A stretch of 64,000 nt of DNA from a virus: IMG/VR virus record IMGVR_UViG_3300025132_007932, positions 1 through 64,000 of that record; one strand, 5' to 3'. The position numbers were made by a program, and so were the translations under genes. Of the stretch, positions 35,371 through 45,105 are shown piece by piece (the first letter of the stretch is position 1; every line of letters begins with the position of its first letter). Under the pieces are notes generated by a model that was given only the letters and a program-made list of their open reading frames with translations, made no database searches and was not told the origin of the DNA.

Positions 35371-36316
35371 CCCAAAAGTCCTATTTGTAACCGAGAAGTG
35401 GTGTGACGCAGACCCAGCGAAAGGGTTGACAAACAACTATCACAACTTATTCAAGACATTTTCTACAGTTCTCCCAGATGCAAAGTTTAGTATCATACAC
35501 TTGGATGAATATTCAGCGGTTAAAAAGAAGCATATAGATGGATTCTTGCCGATTCTTGTCGATAGGCTTGAGCCAGATGTTGTTGTCTTCTCTCTTTTGG
35601 GAAAATCTCACTTAAACCCCACAGAGAGCAGCTATGAGCATATTAAATCCAAAGGCTGTAAGACAGTTTTTATGTGGCCTGATATGTTTGAGGGCTGGGG
35701 AATTCCACAGATAGAAGAATTTAATGATGCAGGCTTTGCTGATTTACATGTTTGTTGGGGCTCAGAAAGAAATCTTTCTCAGGAATATGATAATCTGATT
35801 TGGCTATGGGCCCCGCAAGATGAAACAATGTATTATCCAGTCGAAGATTCTGAGAAGACAATTAATGTTAGTTTTCTGGGATCTCCACGCTATGCCGAGA
35901 GACAAAGATACTTGACACACTTATTGACTAGTGGAACTGAAGTTAACATTGGCGGCGGTCAGAGAGAAGAAGGATTACCAGCGATTAAATATGCAGAATT
36001 GATGAGAAGTTCAAGGATTAATTTAAATTTTCCCGAAGGGCCTGAAGGTAACGACCAGTGTAAGGGAAGAGTTTGGGAAATTTTAGCCACAAAGTCTCTT
36101 CTGCTTGAAAGAGCGAATGAGGCAACTAAGAGCTTTCTGGTACCGGGCGAGCACTACGTTGAGTTTAAAGACGAAAATGATTTAATAGATAAAATAAACT
36201 ATTATCTCGACAACCCAGAAGAAAGAAGTTATATTGCACAAAACGGATATAACATTTACAAAGAAAAATACAATGCAAGAGTATTCTGGAATACGATTAT
36301 GGAGAAATTAGGATGA
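35357..36316 (+). CDS. CgeB-like GT-B glycosyltransferase
   Basis: VSFLGS; SRINLNF; GRVWEILAT...LVPGEHYV...KINYYL. Confidence 0.8.
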   Translation: MEKNNPKVLFVTEKWCDADPAKGLTNNYHNLFKTFSTVLPDAKFSIIHLDEYSAVKKKHIDGFLPILVDRLEPDVVVFSLLGKSHLNPTESSYEHIKSKGCKTVFMWPDMFEGWGIPQIEEFNDAGFADLHVCWGSERNLSQEYDNLIWLWAPQDETMYYPVEDSEKTINVSFLGSPRYAERQRYLTHLLTSGTEVNIGGGQREEGLPAIKYAELMRSSRINLNFPEGPEGNDQCKGRVWEILATKSLLLERANEATKSFLVPGEHYVEFKDENDLIDKINYYLDNPEERSYIAQNGYNIYKEKYNARVFWNTIMEKLG

Positions 36317-37143
36317 GTTATAAATATGATGTTTCAATATTGATGCCGGCAATTAGAACACACCAATGGTTGATGATGTATGGTAGCCTTTTTAACGCCT
36401 GCAAAGAACACACTTGGGAATTAGTCTTGGTTAGTCCGTTCGATTTGCCACCGGAAATGCAGCACTTTGACAATGTAAAGCTAATCAAGGATTATGGAGC
36501 CCCAACCAGAGCCGCACAAATAGGTGCCTTGCAATGTGAGGGTGAATATATGTATCACTGCGTTGATGATGCAATCTTTTTACCAGACGCAATAGATACC
36601 GCTGTCAATATTTTAAGAACTCACGGCACTAGAAAAGATGTGGTCAATATGAGATATCGTGAGGGAGCCATGTATTCGGGCCAAACATTGCCAATGGGCT
36701 TTTGGACTGCTCACTTTCACGGAGAACTACAGCTTCCAGGTATACCCAGAGACTATAAAATTTCTCTACATCATTTTATGAGAATGGATTATTTTAAGGA
36801 GCTTGGCGGTTGGGACTGTTCTTATGAATATATTAACCACCCTCTGCATGATCTTATGTTTAGAGTTCAAGCCGACGGTGGCCGCCTCTTTGATTCTCCC
36901 ACAGATGCAACGACGTGCAATCACTACGTTAATAAGTCAGTAGACCACGCACCAATCTATGATGCACAAACATTTTCAGATAAGCCCAGGTTTGATGCGA
37001 TCTACACACAACCTGGAAACCCAGCATCGACAAGAATTAAAATTGATTTAGATAACTGGCAACAAACGCCACCAATCTGGAAGAGGCGTTTTGAGTTTAA
37101 AGATGGTAAGCTTCCACAAAGCTATAAGGAGCTTGGATATTAA
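36313..37143 (+). CDS. GT-A fold (GT2-like) glycosyltransferase, paralog 1
   Basis: VSILMPAIR; CVDD; ELGGWDCSYE; DLMFRVQ. Confidence 0.75.
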   Translation: MSYKYDVSILMPAIRTHQWLMMYGSLFNACKEHTWELVLVSPFDLPPEMQHFDNVKLIKDYGAPTRAAQIGALQCEGEYMYHCVDDAIFLPDAIDTAVNILRTHGTRKDVVNMRYREGAMYSGQTLPMGFWTAHFHGELQLPGIPRDYKISLHHFMRMDYFKELGGWDCSYEYINHPLHDLMFRVQADGGRLFDSPTDATTCNHYVNKSVDHAPIYDAQTFSDKPRFDAIYTQPGNPASTRIKIDLDNWQQTPPIWKRRFEFKDGKLPQSYKELGY

Positions 37144-37928
37144 TGGATATAGGTGTTGTAGGGGTTGGAGTAGTTGGAGGAGCCTGTAAATTTGGTTTTG
37201 AATTATTAGGGCACGATGTGTCGGTTCATGATATTAGGTTAGATACAACGCTAACTGATGTAATGGATTCGGAGGTTGTATACATCTGCGTTCCAACCCC
37301 CCGAGCAGATGACGGCTCCTGTGACATTAGCATCGTGCGGGAAGTAATATTAGAGCTAAAAGAACGCGGATATACCGGAATAGTGGCGATAAAATCAACA
37401 GTTGTTCCTGGAACAACAGAATCCCTCAGAGAAGAGACTGGGTTGAATGTTTGTTTTGTCCCAGAGTTTTTGAGAGAGCGCTGCGCAATAACTGATTTTA
37501 CTGAAAATCACGATGTCTGCATTATAGGATGCAGTGACGATGAAACATATGAGTTATTGAAGGCTTGTCACGGCTCGTTGCCAGAAAAGTTCGTCAGATT
37601 GACACACGCCGAAGCGGAGTTTTGTAAGTATTTCAACAATGTATACAATGCAATGTTGATTATTTTTGCTAACAGCTTCTACGAAGCGTGTAAAATTAGT
37701 GGAGTAAATTATACCAATGTTAAGAATGCAGTTGTTAATCGCAAACATATTCACGGAAACTACCTTGAATGTAATGATAATTTCAGAGGTTTTGGTGGCA
37801 TGTGTTTACCTAAAGATGTGTCCGCTATGGCCAAGTTAATGGAAAATAGCGATGTAGATTTTTTTGAAGATCTTTTAGATGAAAATAGCAAATATAAAGT
37901 AACTGTTTTCAAGGGTATGCGAAAATGA
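37143..37928 (+). CDS. UDP-glucose/GDP-mannose 6-dehydrogenase family (short form)
   Basis: GVGVVG; ICVPTP; IKSTVVPG; PEFLRE; GFGGMCLPKD. Confidence 0.9.
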   Translation: MDIGVVGVGVVGGACKFGFELLGHDVSVHDIRLDTTLTDVMDSEVVYICVPTPRADDGSCDISIVREVILELKERGYTGIVAIKSTVVPGTTESLREETGLNVCFVPEFLRERCAITDFTENHDVCIIGCSDDETYELLKACHGSLPEKFVRLTHAEAEFCKYFNNVYNAMLIIFANSFYEACKISGVNYTNVKNAVVNRKHIHGNYLECNDNFRGFGGMCLPKDVSAMAKLMENSDVDFFEDLLDENSKYKVTVFKGMRK

Positions 37929-38908
37929 TATCGAACAAGTACGGAATTATCTTTATACACCCTCCAAAGACCGGAGGTACGTCTGTACATACAGCGCTAC
38001 ATCGCGATCTTGACCAAGAATGTATGATGGCCACTGGAAAAGATTATAAGAATTTTTTTAAAAGCGATAAAAGGTACGGCACCCCCGATCTTCCCGCAGT
38101 AGAATACGAAGATGAAGTAACCCACGTGGCGCCCTCTGATGTAGATTTTCCTTGGTGGAAACATTGGGTCCAGCTTCAAAGAGACGAAGATGCCTATTTT
38201 ATGAAAACTGTTCATGCAATTGAAAAACGTTTTGAATTAGAAGGTCTAAATTTGAATACATACCCAGGGGCAATCAACAACGCATTTGGTACATCTGGAT
38301 GGCAAGGTAATATAAAACATTTTCCCTTTTACGTTTGGCATCAGCTTATGACCGATCCAAGGTTTGCAGCATATAAAAGCTTTAATAAATCTTACACACC
38401 CGTTGCAACAGTTAGAAATCCTTACAAAAGAGAATTTTCAGTGTTCTTATATTCAAAAAATAAATTTTTGCAAAATGAATCTAAAGGGCTTAGAAAAAAA
38501 GACATATCAGCATTAATTCAAAGAGAGTGGTACCATTGGACACGCAGGTGGCAGAGTCTTGGTGAAGAAACATCCCTCTTTATTAATCCTCCATCCAATC
38601 CAGACACCTACATATCCAGCCAAACTTCATATCTACTTGCAGAGGAGCAGGAACCCGGCGCCGGCGTTCCATTGGTATCATCATTTATTCGAGCAGAAAC
38701 GCTTGAACAAGATTATAATGATTTTTGTGATTTAGTGGGAATTAAAGTAAAGGGTCCTGTACCACACCTCTTGAGTAATAGCAGTAACTGGAAACAATAT
38801 CTGCCAGAAAATATTGTAGACTGGTACACGGATAAAAATATTGAAGATATCCACAGAATCAGAAAGGAAGATTTTGAACTCTTAGGATATAAAAAGGAGA
38901 ACAGATGA
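37925..38908 (+). CDS. sulfotransferase (Sulfotransfer_2-like)
   Basis: 5'PSB FIHPPKTGGTS; 3'PB VRNPYKREFS; FIRAETL; DFELLGY. Confidence 0.8.
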   Translation: MISNKYGIIFIHPPKTGGTSVHTALHRDLDQECMMATGKDYKNFFKSDKRYGTPDLPAVEYEDEVTHVAPSDVDFPWWKHWVQLQRDEDAYFMKTVHAIEKRFELEGLNLNTYPGAINNAFGTSGWQGNIKHFPFYVWHQLMTDPRFAAYKSFNKSYTPVATVRNPYKREFSVFLYSKNKFLQNESKGLRKKDISALIQREWYHWTRRWQSLGEETSLFINPPSNPDTYISSQTSYLLAEEQEPGAGVPLVSSFIRAETLEQDYNDFCDLVGIKVKGPVPHLLSNSSNWKQYLPENIVDWYTDKNIEDIHRIRKEDFELLGYKKENR

Positions 38909-39921
38909 GTAAAGTATTAATCACAGGCAGCCAAGGGTTCATAGGCTCATACCTTTGTGCTGAATTTTTAGATAAGGGATACAAAGTTATTGGTATTGAT
39001 AACTTTTCTAAATACGGCCCTATCACACGACCACACGATAGTCATCCAAATTTCGAATTGATTGAGATGGATGTAATTGATTTGGATCCAGAGAATTTAC
39101 CAGACCAGCTTTTGGACGTTGAATACATTATTGCTGGTGCTGCAATGATTGGAGGCATCACATATTTTCATAAATATGCTTATGATTTATTGGCAACAAA
39201 TGAAAGGATTATGGCGTCGACTTACGACGTCGCAATCAAGCTACATCAGCTTGGAGTCTTGAAAAGAATCCTTGTGGCATCAAGCAGTATGGTGTTTGAG
39301 AACACGGAAGTATATCCTACACCCGAAGAAAATGTCATAGTATGCGCACCACCACTTAGCACCTATGGTTTCCAAAAGCTGGCTGTTGAATATTTTGCAA
39401 AAGGCGCCTTCGAGCAGTACGGAGTGCCTTACACTATCATCCGTCCATTTAATTGTGTTGGTGTAGGTGAAGAAGACGCTATCGGAGAACATGAAGTAAA
39501 GTCTGGTAATATTAAATTAATGATGAGCCATGTTCTCCCGGACATCATCAACAAGATTTTAAAAGGTCAGGACCCGCTCCACGTTCTCGGTACTGGCGAA
39601 CAAATTCGTTGCTACACAAACGGAAAAGACATTGCAAGAGGCGTTAGAATGTGCCTCGAAAGCGAAGCGGCTGTCAATGAAGACTTCAATATATCTACGC
39701 CGGTTGCCACGTCTGTCATTGAATTGGCACAATTGGTCTGGAACATTTTGAATCCGGACAAAGAGTTTTCAATTGTATCGGACGAAGCCTACGAATATGA
39801 CGTCCAGAGGCGAATTCCTAATGTCACCAAGGCAAAAAAGTTGATTGGTTTTGAAGCGGAAATAGGTTTGGAAGAATCTGTCCGAGAAGTAATCGAATAT
39901 ATGAGGCAACAAAGTGAGTAA
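38905..39921 (+). CDS. NAD-dependent epimerase/decarboxylase (UDP-GlcA decarboxylase-like SDR)
   Basis: ITGSQGFIGS; SSSMV; YGFQK; RPFNCVG. Confidence 0.85.
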   Translation: MSKVLITGSQGFIGSYLCAEFLDKGYKVIGIDNFSKYGPITRPHDSHPNFELIEMDVIDLDPENLPDQLLDVEYIIAGAAMIGGITYFHKYAYDLLATNERIMASTYDVAIKLHQLGVLKRILVASSSMVFENTEVYPTPEENVIVCAPPLSTYGFQKLAVEYFAKGAFEQYGVPYTIIRPFNCVGVGEEDAIGEHEVKSGNIKLMMSHVLPDIINKILKGQDPLHVLGTGEQIRCYTNGKDIARGVRMCLESEAAVNEDFNISTPVATSVIELAQLVWNILNPDKEFSIVSDEAYEYDVQRRIPNVTKAKKLIGFEAEIGLEESVREVIEYMRQQSE

Positions 39922-40702
39922 ACCAGAAGTATCTTTAATTCTGCCTAGCATCAGGACCGAGAGATTACCAAAATTATATGAAACAATTCTAAAATCTACA
40001 AAGAGAGATTTTGAATTAGTAATCTGCGGGCCAAACCCCCTACCAGAAGAACTAAAAGAGAAGAGAAATGTCAAATACGTAAAAGATTATGGCTCACCAG
40101 TACGTGCGTCTAATATAGCTGCGTCATTATGTGAGGGTAAAGTTTACACCTGGTTAGCAGATGATTGTTTGTTTTTTGATGATTCACTTGACAAATGCTT
40201 AGATATGTTTTATGATATGGGTACGGCTAAGAACAATGTTCTTGTTGCAAAATATTTCGAAGGACAAGAGGGAAGCACGGAAAGACAAACATTACAGCCA
40301 GACAGTTACTTTAGAGTAAACAGCACACCCGCGGGTTCTCCACACATACCAAATGAGTGGTGGTTATTCAATATTGGATTTATGTATGCTGATTTCTTTA
40401 ATTCTCTTGGAGGTTGGGATTGTAGCTATGAAGGCACTTGGGCCTCTCACGCTGATATGGCAATCCGCGCTCAATACTTGGGAGCAAATGTGAAGATGGC
40501 CGACGTTCCGCTTTTTGTCTGTGATCATATGCCCGGAGGCACCGGTGATCATATGCCTATATTTATTTGTCAACATCAGCATGATGAACCTCTGCTACAA
40601 GAAAAATACAGAGATCCAAATTGGACATTGAATGTTAGACCAAAACTTAAATTAGAAAATTGGAAAGAAGCCCCCGCGGTTTGGAAAAGGAGATTTGAAT
40701 AA
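39914..40702 (+). CDS. GT-A fold glycosyltransferase, paralog 2
   Basis: VSLILPSIR; LADD; SLGGWDCSYE; WKRRF. Confidence 0.75.
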   Translation: MSKPEVSLILPSIRTERLPKLYETILKSTKRDFELVICGPNPLPEELKEKRNVKYVKDYGSPVRASNIAASLCEGKVYTWLADDCLFFDDSLDKCLDMFYDMGTAKNNVLVAKYFEGQEGSTERQTLQPDSYFRVNSTPAGSPHIPNEWWLFNIGFMYADFFNSLGGWDCSYEGTWASHADMAIRAQYLGANVKMADVPLFVCDHMPGGTGDHMPIFICQHQHDEPLLQEKYRDPNWTLNVRPKLKLENWKEAPAVWKRRFE

Positions 40703-41481
40703 TGAACTACGATTTGTCAATATGTTTACCCGCACACAGAACACACTTGTGGGAAAGATTATATGAATCTGCAATTGAGGCTATCGGAGATGAGTACACT
40801 TGGGAATTAATTATGGTAGGCCCAAATGACCCCCCAGAGTCTCTAGCCAAAAAAGATAATTTCAAGTTCTTCAAAGATTTTGGACACCCATCACGTTGTG
40901 CACAAATTGCCACTTCGTTAGCAGAGGGCGAACTTATGATGTGGGGTTCTGATGATGGTTATTTTCTTAAAGACTCAATCAAAGAATGCCTAGATATGAG
41001 AAAGCAAAAGGGCCTGGGTCAGAGAGACATTATAATAATAAAGTATGCAGAAGGTAGAGGAATCAGTGGTCAATGTCCAGAGGATAGTTACTGGACTGCT
41101 TGGACCCACCCAGATCTTCGTCTTCCTGGTGTGCCGCAAGATTATAAAATTACGCTATTGGCAATGTATGACTTAAGATACTTTAGGTATTTAGGCGGCT
41201 TCGATTGTTCTTTTGAACATTTAAACATGAACACTCACGATCTTTCATTTAGAGCACAGAGAGACGGCGCAAGAATACATTTCTCTCCAAATTTGGTGCT
41301 AACCTGTGACTGGAATCCGAATGAAGGAGATCACGTACCGGTGCAAGCTGCATATGAAGAAAATGACGGCCCACTATTTCACGCACTCTACAGTATACCC
41401 AGACCTCAAAGAATAAGAATTGATTATTTTAATTGGTATAGATCTAGCAGGATCTGGAAGAGGAGATTCGGCGATGGCTAA
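40702..41481 (+). CDS. GT-A fold glycosyltransferase, paralog 3
   Basis: LSICLPAHR; GSDD; YLGGFDCSFE; WKRRF. Confidence 0.75.
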   Translation: MNYDLSICLPAHRTHLWERLYESAIEAIGDEYTWELIMVGPNDPPESLAKKDNFKFFKDFGHPSRCAQIATSLAEGELMMWGSDDGYFLKDSIKECLDMRKQKGLGQRDIIIIKYAEGRGISGQCPEDSYWTAWTHPDLRLPGVPQDYKITLLAMYDLRYFRYLGGFDCSFEHLNMNTHDLSFRAQRDGARIHFSPNLVLTCDWNPNEGDHVPVQAAYEENDGPLFHALYSIPRPQRIRIDYFNWYRSSRIWKRRFGDG

Positions 41482-42406
41482 AACTGTATTGGTTACTGGA
41501 GGCCGCGGCCTTGTGGGTTCTGCAATTAAAGCACTGAAGAACGACTATAAAGATCTAAGCTTTATATTCACAGGTCGTCAAGCTCATGATCTAACTTGTG
41601 AAAGCGATGTAAAAGCTTTGTTTGAAGAAGTAAAGCCAGACTATGTTATCCACACAGCAGCAAGAGTGGGGGGTATCGGAAGAAATCTCGCAACTCCCGC
41701 ACAACAGTATTACGCCAATATACTTATGAATGCTTTTGTTATTCATTACGCCCAGTTAAGCGGTGTAGAAAAGCTTCTAGCCTTCTCATCAGTGTGTGCC
41801 TTCCCTGCAGGTGCAGAAAGCCTTCACGAAGACATTCTGCACGATGGTGAGCCATATCCTGCGCATTACTCATATGCGTATTCAAAGAGGATGGTAGATG
41901 TCCAAATAAAAGCATATAATCAACAATATGGAGTAAATTATTGTTCTGTTATTCCTGGGAATATTTTTGGCGAAAACGATAATTTCAATTTAGAAGATGG
42001 TCATGTTGTTCCTTCGCTCGTACATAAGTGTTATAAAGCCAAAAAAGAGGGCACCGCTCTGCAAGTATGGGGAGATGGAACACCCTACAGAGAGTTTTTG
42101 TACGCAAAAGATGTCGCACGTGCTTGTGTTGATTTACTGCAATTAGATGGGGAACTTCCACAAAGAGTAATTGTGTCTGGAGAGCGAGAAACACAAATTA
42201 AGGATTTAGTAAAATTGGTCTGCGATGCTTTCGACTATCATAATGTGGAATGGTTAACAGAAAAGCCAAATGGACAATTAAGAAGGCCAACAAATAAAGA
42301 AATATTTGCAAACACACTACCAGATTTTCAATACACTAGCTTGGAAAAAGCTATGAAAAACACAGTAAAGTGGTTTGAGAAAAATTACCCCAACGTGAGA
42401 TTATGA
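41474..42406 (+). CDS. fcl: GDP-L-fucose synthase / ColC-like epimerase-reductase
   Basis: TGGRGLVGSA; AARVGGI; YAYSKR; PGNIFGENDNF...HVVPSL; WGDGTPYREF. Confidence 0.9.
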   Translation: MAKTVLVTGGRGLVGSAIKALKNDYKDLSFIFTGRQAHDLTCESDVKALFEEVKPDYVIHTAARVGGIGRNLATPAQQYYANILMNAFVIHYAQLSGVEKLLAFSSVCAFPAGAESLHEDILHDGEPYPAHYSYAYSKRMVDVQIKAYNQQYGVNYCSVIPGNIFGENDNFNLEDGHVVPSLVHKCYKAKKEGTALQVWGDGTPYREFLYAKDVARACVDLLQLDGELPQRVIVSGERETQIKDLVKLVCDAFDYHNVEWLTEKPNGQLRRPTNKEIFANTLPDFQYTSLEKAMKNTVKWFEKNYPNVRL

Positions 42407-43374
42407 AAACAGCATTAATTACAGGAATCAATGGTCAAGATGGTTCATACTTGGCTGAGTTTTTATTAGAAAAAGGCTACAATGTACACGGCATTGTAAG
42501 AAGAAACTCGATACCAGAAAACCAAACAGCCAGAATTCAACATATTTATGATGAAATTAAAAACAATATATATCACGCAGATGTCTGTGATATGTCCTCT
42601 TTGTTATCTGTAATAAACGACGTCGAACCCGATGAGATTTACAATTTAGCAGCACAAAGTCATGTTAGAATTAGCTTTGATCAGCCGATATATACGTTAA
42701 ACTCTATTGGCACGGGCACCTTGAATTTACTTGAGGTTGTTCAACTAACTGGTTGTGAAGCAAAGATTTATCAAGCAAGCTCTTCTGAGATGTTTGGGAA
42801 CTCAATTGACCCAGATGGTTTTCAAAGAGAATCGACACCGATGAATCCAGTAAGTCCTTATGCTTGCGCAAAATTATTGGCTTACAATCTTATCAAATGT
42901 TATCGAGAGTCTTATGATATGTTTGCTTCGAATGGAATTTTGTTTAATCATGAGTCTCCCCGCCGCGGAGGTAATTTTGTAACAAACAAGGTTGTAATGG
43001 GGGCCGTAAGAATAAAGAAGGGGTTGCAAAAAGAACTGGTTTTAGGAAACTTAGATAGCACCCGTGATTGGGGTCACGCCAAAGATTATGTAAAAATTAT
43101 GTGGCAGATTCTACAACTAGAAGAACCCGACGATTATGTTTGTGCGACAGGTGTATCTCATTCTGTTAGAGAGCTGTGTGAATATACATTTAGTCAACTG
43201 GGGATGGATTATCGAGACTACGTGGTCCAAGACGAGAAGTTCTTTAGACCCACAGAATTGGTTGACCTAAAAGGTGATCCCGCAAAATTAGGAAATGTTA
43301 TTGATTTAAACTTTGAGTATACTTTTGATAAAATGATAGACGAAATGATCGAACACTGGATGGAGAGGTTGTAA
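42403..43374 (+). CDS. gmd: GDP-mannose 4,6-dehydratase
   Basis: TGINGQDGSYLAE; NLAAQSHV; QASSSE; SPYACAK; GILFNHESPRRG; RDWGHAKDYV. Confidence 0.95.
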   Translation: MKTALITGINGQDGSYLAEFLLEKGYNVHGIVRRNSIPENQTARIQHIYDEIKNNIYHADVCDMSSLLSVINDVEPDEIYNLAAQSHVRISFDQPIYTLNSIGTGTLNLLEVVQLTGCEAKIYQASSSEMFGNSIDPDGFQRESTPMNPVSPYACAKLLAYNLIKCYRESYDMFASNGILFNHESPRRGGNFVTNKVVMGAVRIKKGLQKELVLGNLDSTRDWGHAKDYVKIMWQILQLEEPDDYVCATGVSHSVRELCEYTFSQLGMDYRDYVVQDEKFFRPTELVDLKGDPAKLGNVIDLNFEYTFDKMIDEMIEHWMERL

Positions 43375-43925
43375 TGGTAAAGTTAAATTTAGGATGCGGT
43401 GATAGAAAAATGCACGGGTTTGTGAATGTCGACGCTAGAACAGACACCAATCCTGATGTTGTTTGTGATGTGACTCTTATAAATCAAAAATTCAAAGACG
43501 TGGATTTAATTTATGCGTGTCACGTTTTGGAGCACTTCCCTACCAAATCATTTGAATATCAAAAAAGAACTTGGCAAGACGTTTTAGATAATTGGTACGC
43601 TACGTTAAAAAAAGGTGGCGTACTAAGATTGGCGGTACCAGATATAAAGGCAGCGTGTGAGTACTATCTTATGACAAATGATTTTAAATCCGTACAGGCG
43701 CTTTTTTATGGTGGCCAAAAATATGACTTTGATTTTCATTATCATGCCTGGAGTGAAGACACGCTTACTGAAGCTCTTTTAAATACAGGATTTGAAAAAG
43801 TAGAGAGATACGATTGGTCAAAGACCGAACATTTTTATGTTGATGATTATAGTCAATCATACCTTCCACATATGGATAAAAAAAATGGCAAACTAATGAG
43901 TTTGAACATACAAGCAATTAAATAA
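43374..43925 (+). CDS. class I SAM-dependent methyltransferase-like protein
   Basis: LNLGCG; NVD; HVLEH; LKKGGVLRLAVPD. Confidence 0.85.
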   Translation: MVKLNLGCGDRKMHGFVNVDARTDTNPDVVCDVTLINQKFKDVDLIYACHVLEHFPTKSFEYQKRTWQDVLDNWYATLKKGGVLRLAVPDIKAACEYYLMTNDFKSVQALFYGGQKYDFDFHYHAWSEDTLTEALLNTGFEKVERYDWSKTEHFYVDDYSQSYLPHMDKKNGKLMSLNIQAIK

Positions 43926-43935
43926 AGGAAAAAAT

Positions 43936-45105
43936 ATGAATATTAAATACCCTCTTGCAAAAGAAACTATTAATGATGAAGATGTTAACGCACTGTGCGA
44001 TTGGCTCAAAAGTTATCCTCGACTAACAAAGGGCCAATTGACCTGGGATGTGGAAGCAGATTGGGCTTCATACATCGGTACTGATTATGCAGTGTTTAAT
44101 AACTCTGGCTCTTCTGCAAACCTGTTGATGGTAGCAGCCGCAAAGCAGTGCGGAAGAATACCAAATAACAAGATTGTAGTCCCGTCAGTGGGATGGGTTA
44201 CCACAATCTCTCCAGCAATGCAGCTTGGGCTCGAACCAATTATGTGTGGGGCAGATCCTGAAACATTTGGAATAGATTTAGATCAATTAGAAGAGATATG
44301 TGAAAGAGATAATCCAGACGCTGTTATATTTGTGCAGGTCCTAGGTGTACCTCACCATGCAGAAAGACTCTTAGCTCTTAAAGAAAAATACGGCTTTATT
44401 TTACTTGAAGATGCCTGTGCTGCATTGGGTGCCTCGTATGAAGATGGTAGTAAAGTTGGCACTGTTGGCGATATGTCCACATTTTCTTTTTACTTTGGTC
44501 ACCAATTGTCCACTATCGAAGGTGGAATGGTAAATACTGATGACAAAGAGCTTTACGATATGCTTTTGATGCTTCGAAGTCATGGTTGGGCAAAAGATTT
44601 AGACAAAGAGACTTACGACAAGATGATGGCTGATCACGGAATTGATGATTTCCACTCCCCATTTACGTTTTTTATTCCAGGGTACAATCTAAGATCAACG
44701 GATCTGCAGGCGTTTCTCGGTATCAGGCAAGTAAAGAAGGCAGATTGGGCTGCCGAGCAAAGAAATAAAAATCATTGCTTGTACGCCAAGAAATTAGAGG
44801 GAGTCGTAGAATTCCAACAGTGGGGTGAAAATGTCCCAGTATCTATTTCATTTGGGGCCTTAGCAGACAGTACGGAGCACCGCAAAGAAATTGTTACACG
44901 CCTTGTAGAAAACGGAATTGAGACTAGAATCTTTAGTGCGGGTAATCTCGGTCGTCATCCATTCTGGACAGATCTGTATCCGGAATTTGTCGATGAAGTA
45001 AGTGATAAAATTCACTCTCGCGGCTTCTTTTTGCCGAATTATCCTGAATTAACTGAACAAGAAATAAACTTTATTTGTAATGTTGTAAAGGGTGTAACTA
45101 TCTAA
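43936..45105 (+). CDS. DegT/DnrJ-family PLP enzyme, ColD/E1-type 3-dehydratase
   Basis: NSGSSANLL; EDAC; STFSFYFGHQLSTIEGG with His at the usual Schiff-base Lys position; GYNLR. Confidence 0.85.
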   Translation: MNIKYPLAKETINDEDVNALCDWLKSYPRLTKGQLTWDVEADWASYIGTDYAVFNNSGSSANLLMVAAAKQCGRIPNNKIVVPSVGWVTTISPAMQLGLEPIMCGADPETFGIDLDQLEEICERDNPDAVIFVQVLGVPHHAERLLALKEKYGFILLEDACAALGASYEDGSKVGTVGDMSTFSFYFGHQLSTIEGGMVNTDDKELYDMLLMLRSHGWAKDLDKETYDKMMADHGIDDFHSPFTFFIPGYNLRSTDLQAFLGIRQVKKADWAAEQRNKNHCLYAKKLEGVVEFQQWGENVPVSISFGALADSTEHRKEIVTRLVENGIETRIFSAGNLGRHPFWTDLYPEFVDEVSDKIHSRGFFLPNYPELTEQEINFICNVVKGVTI

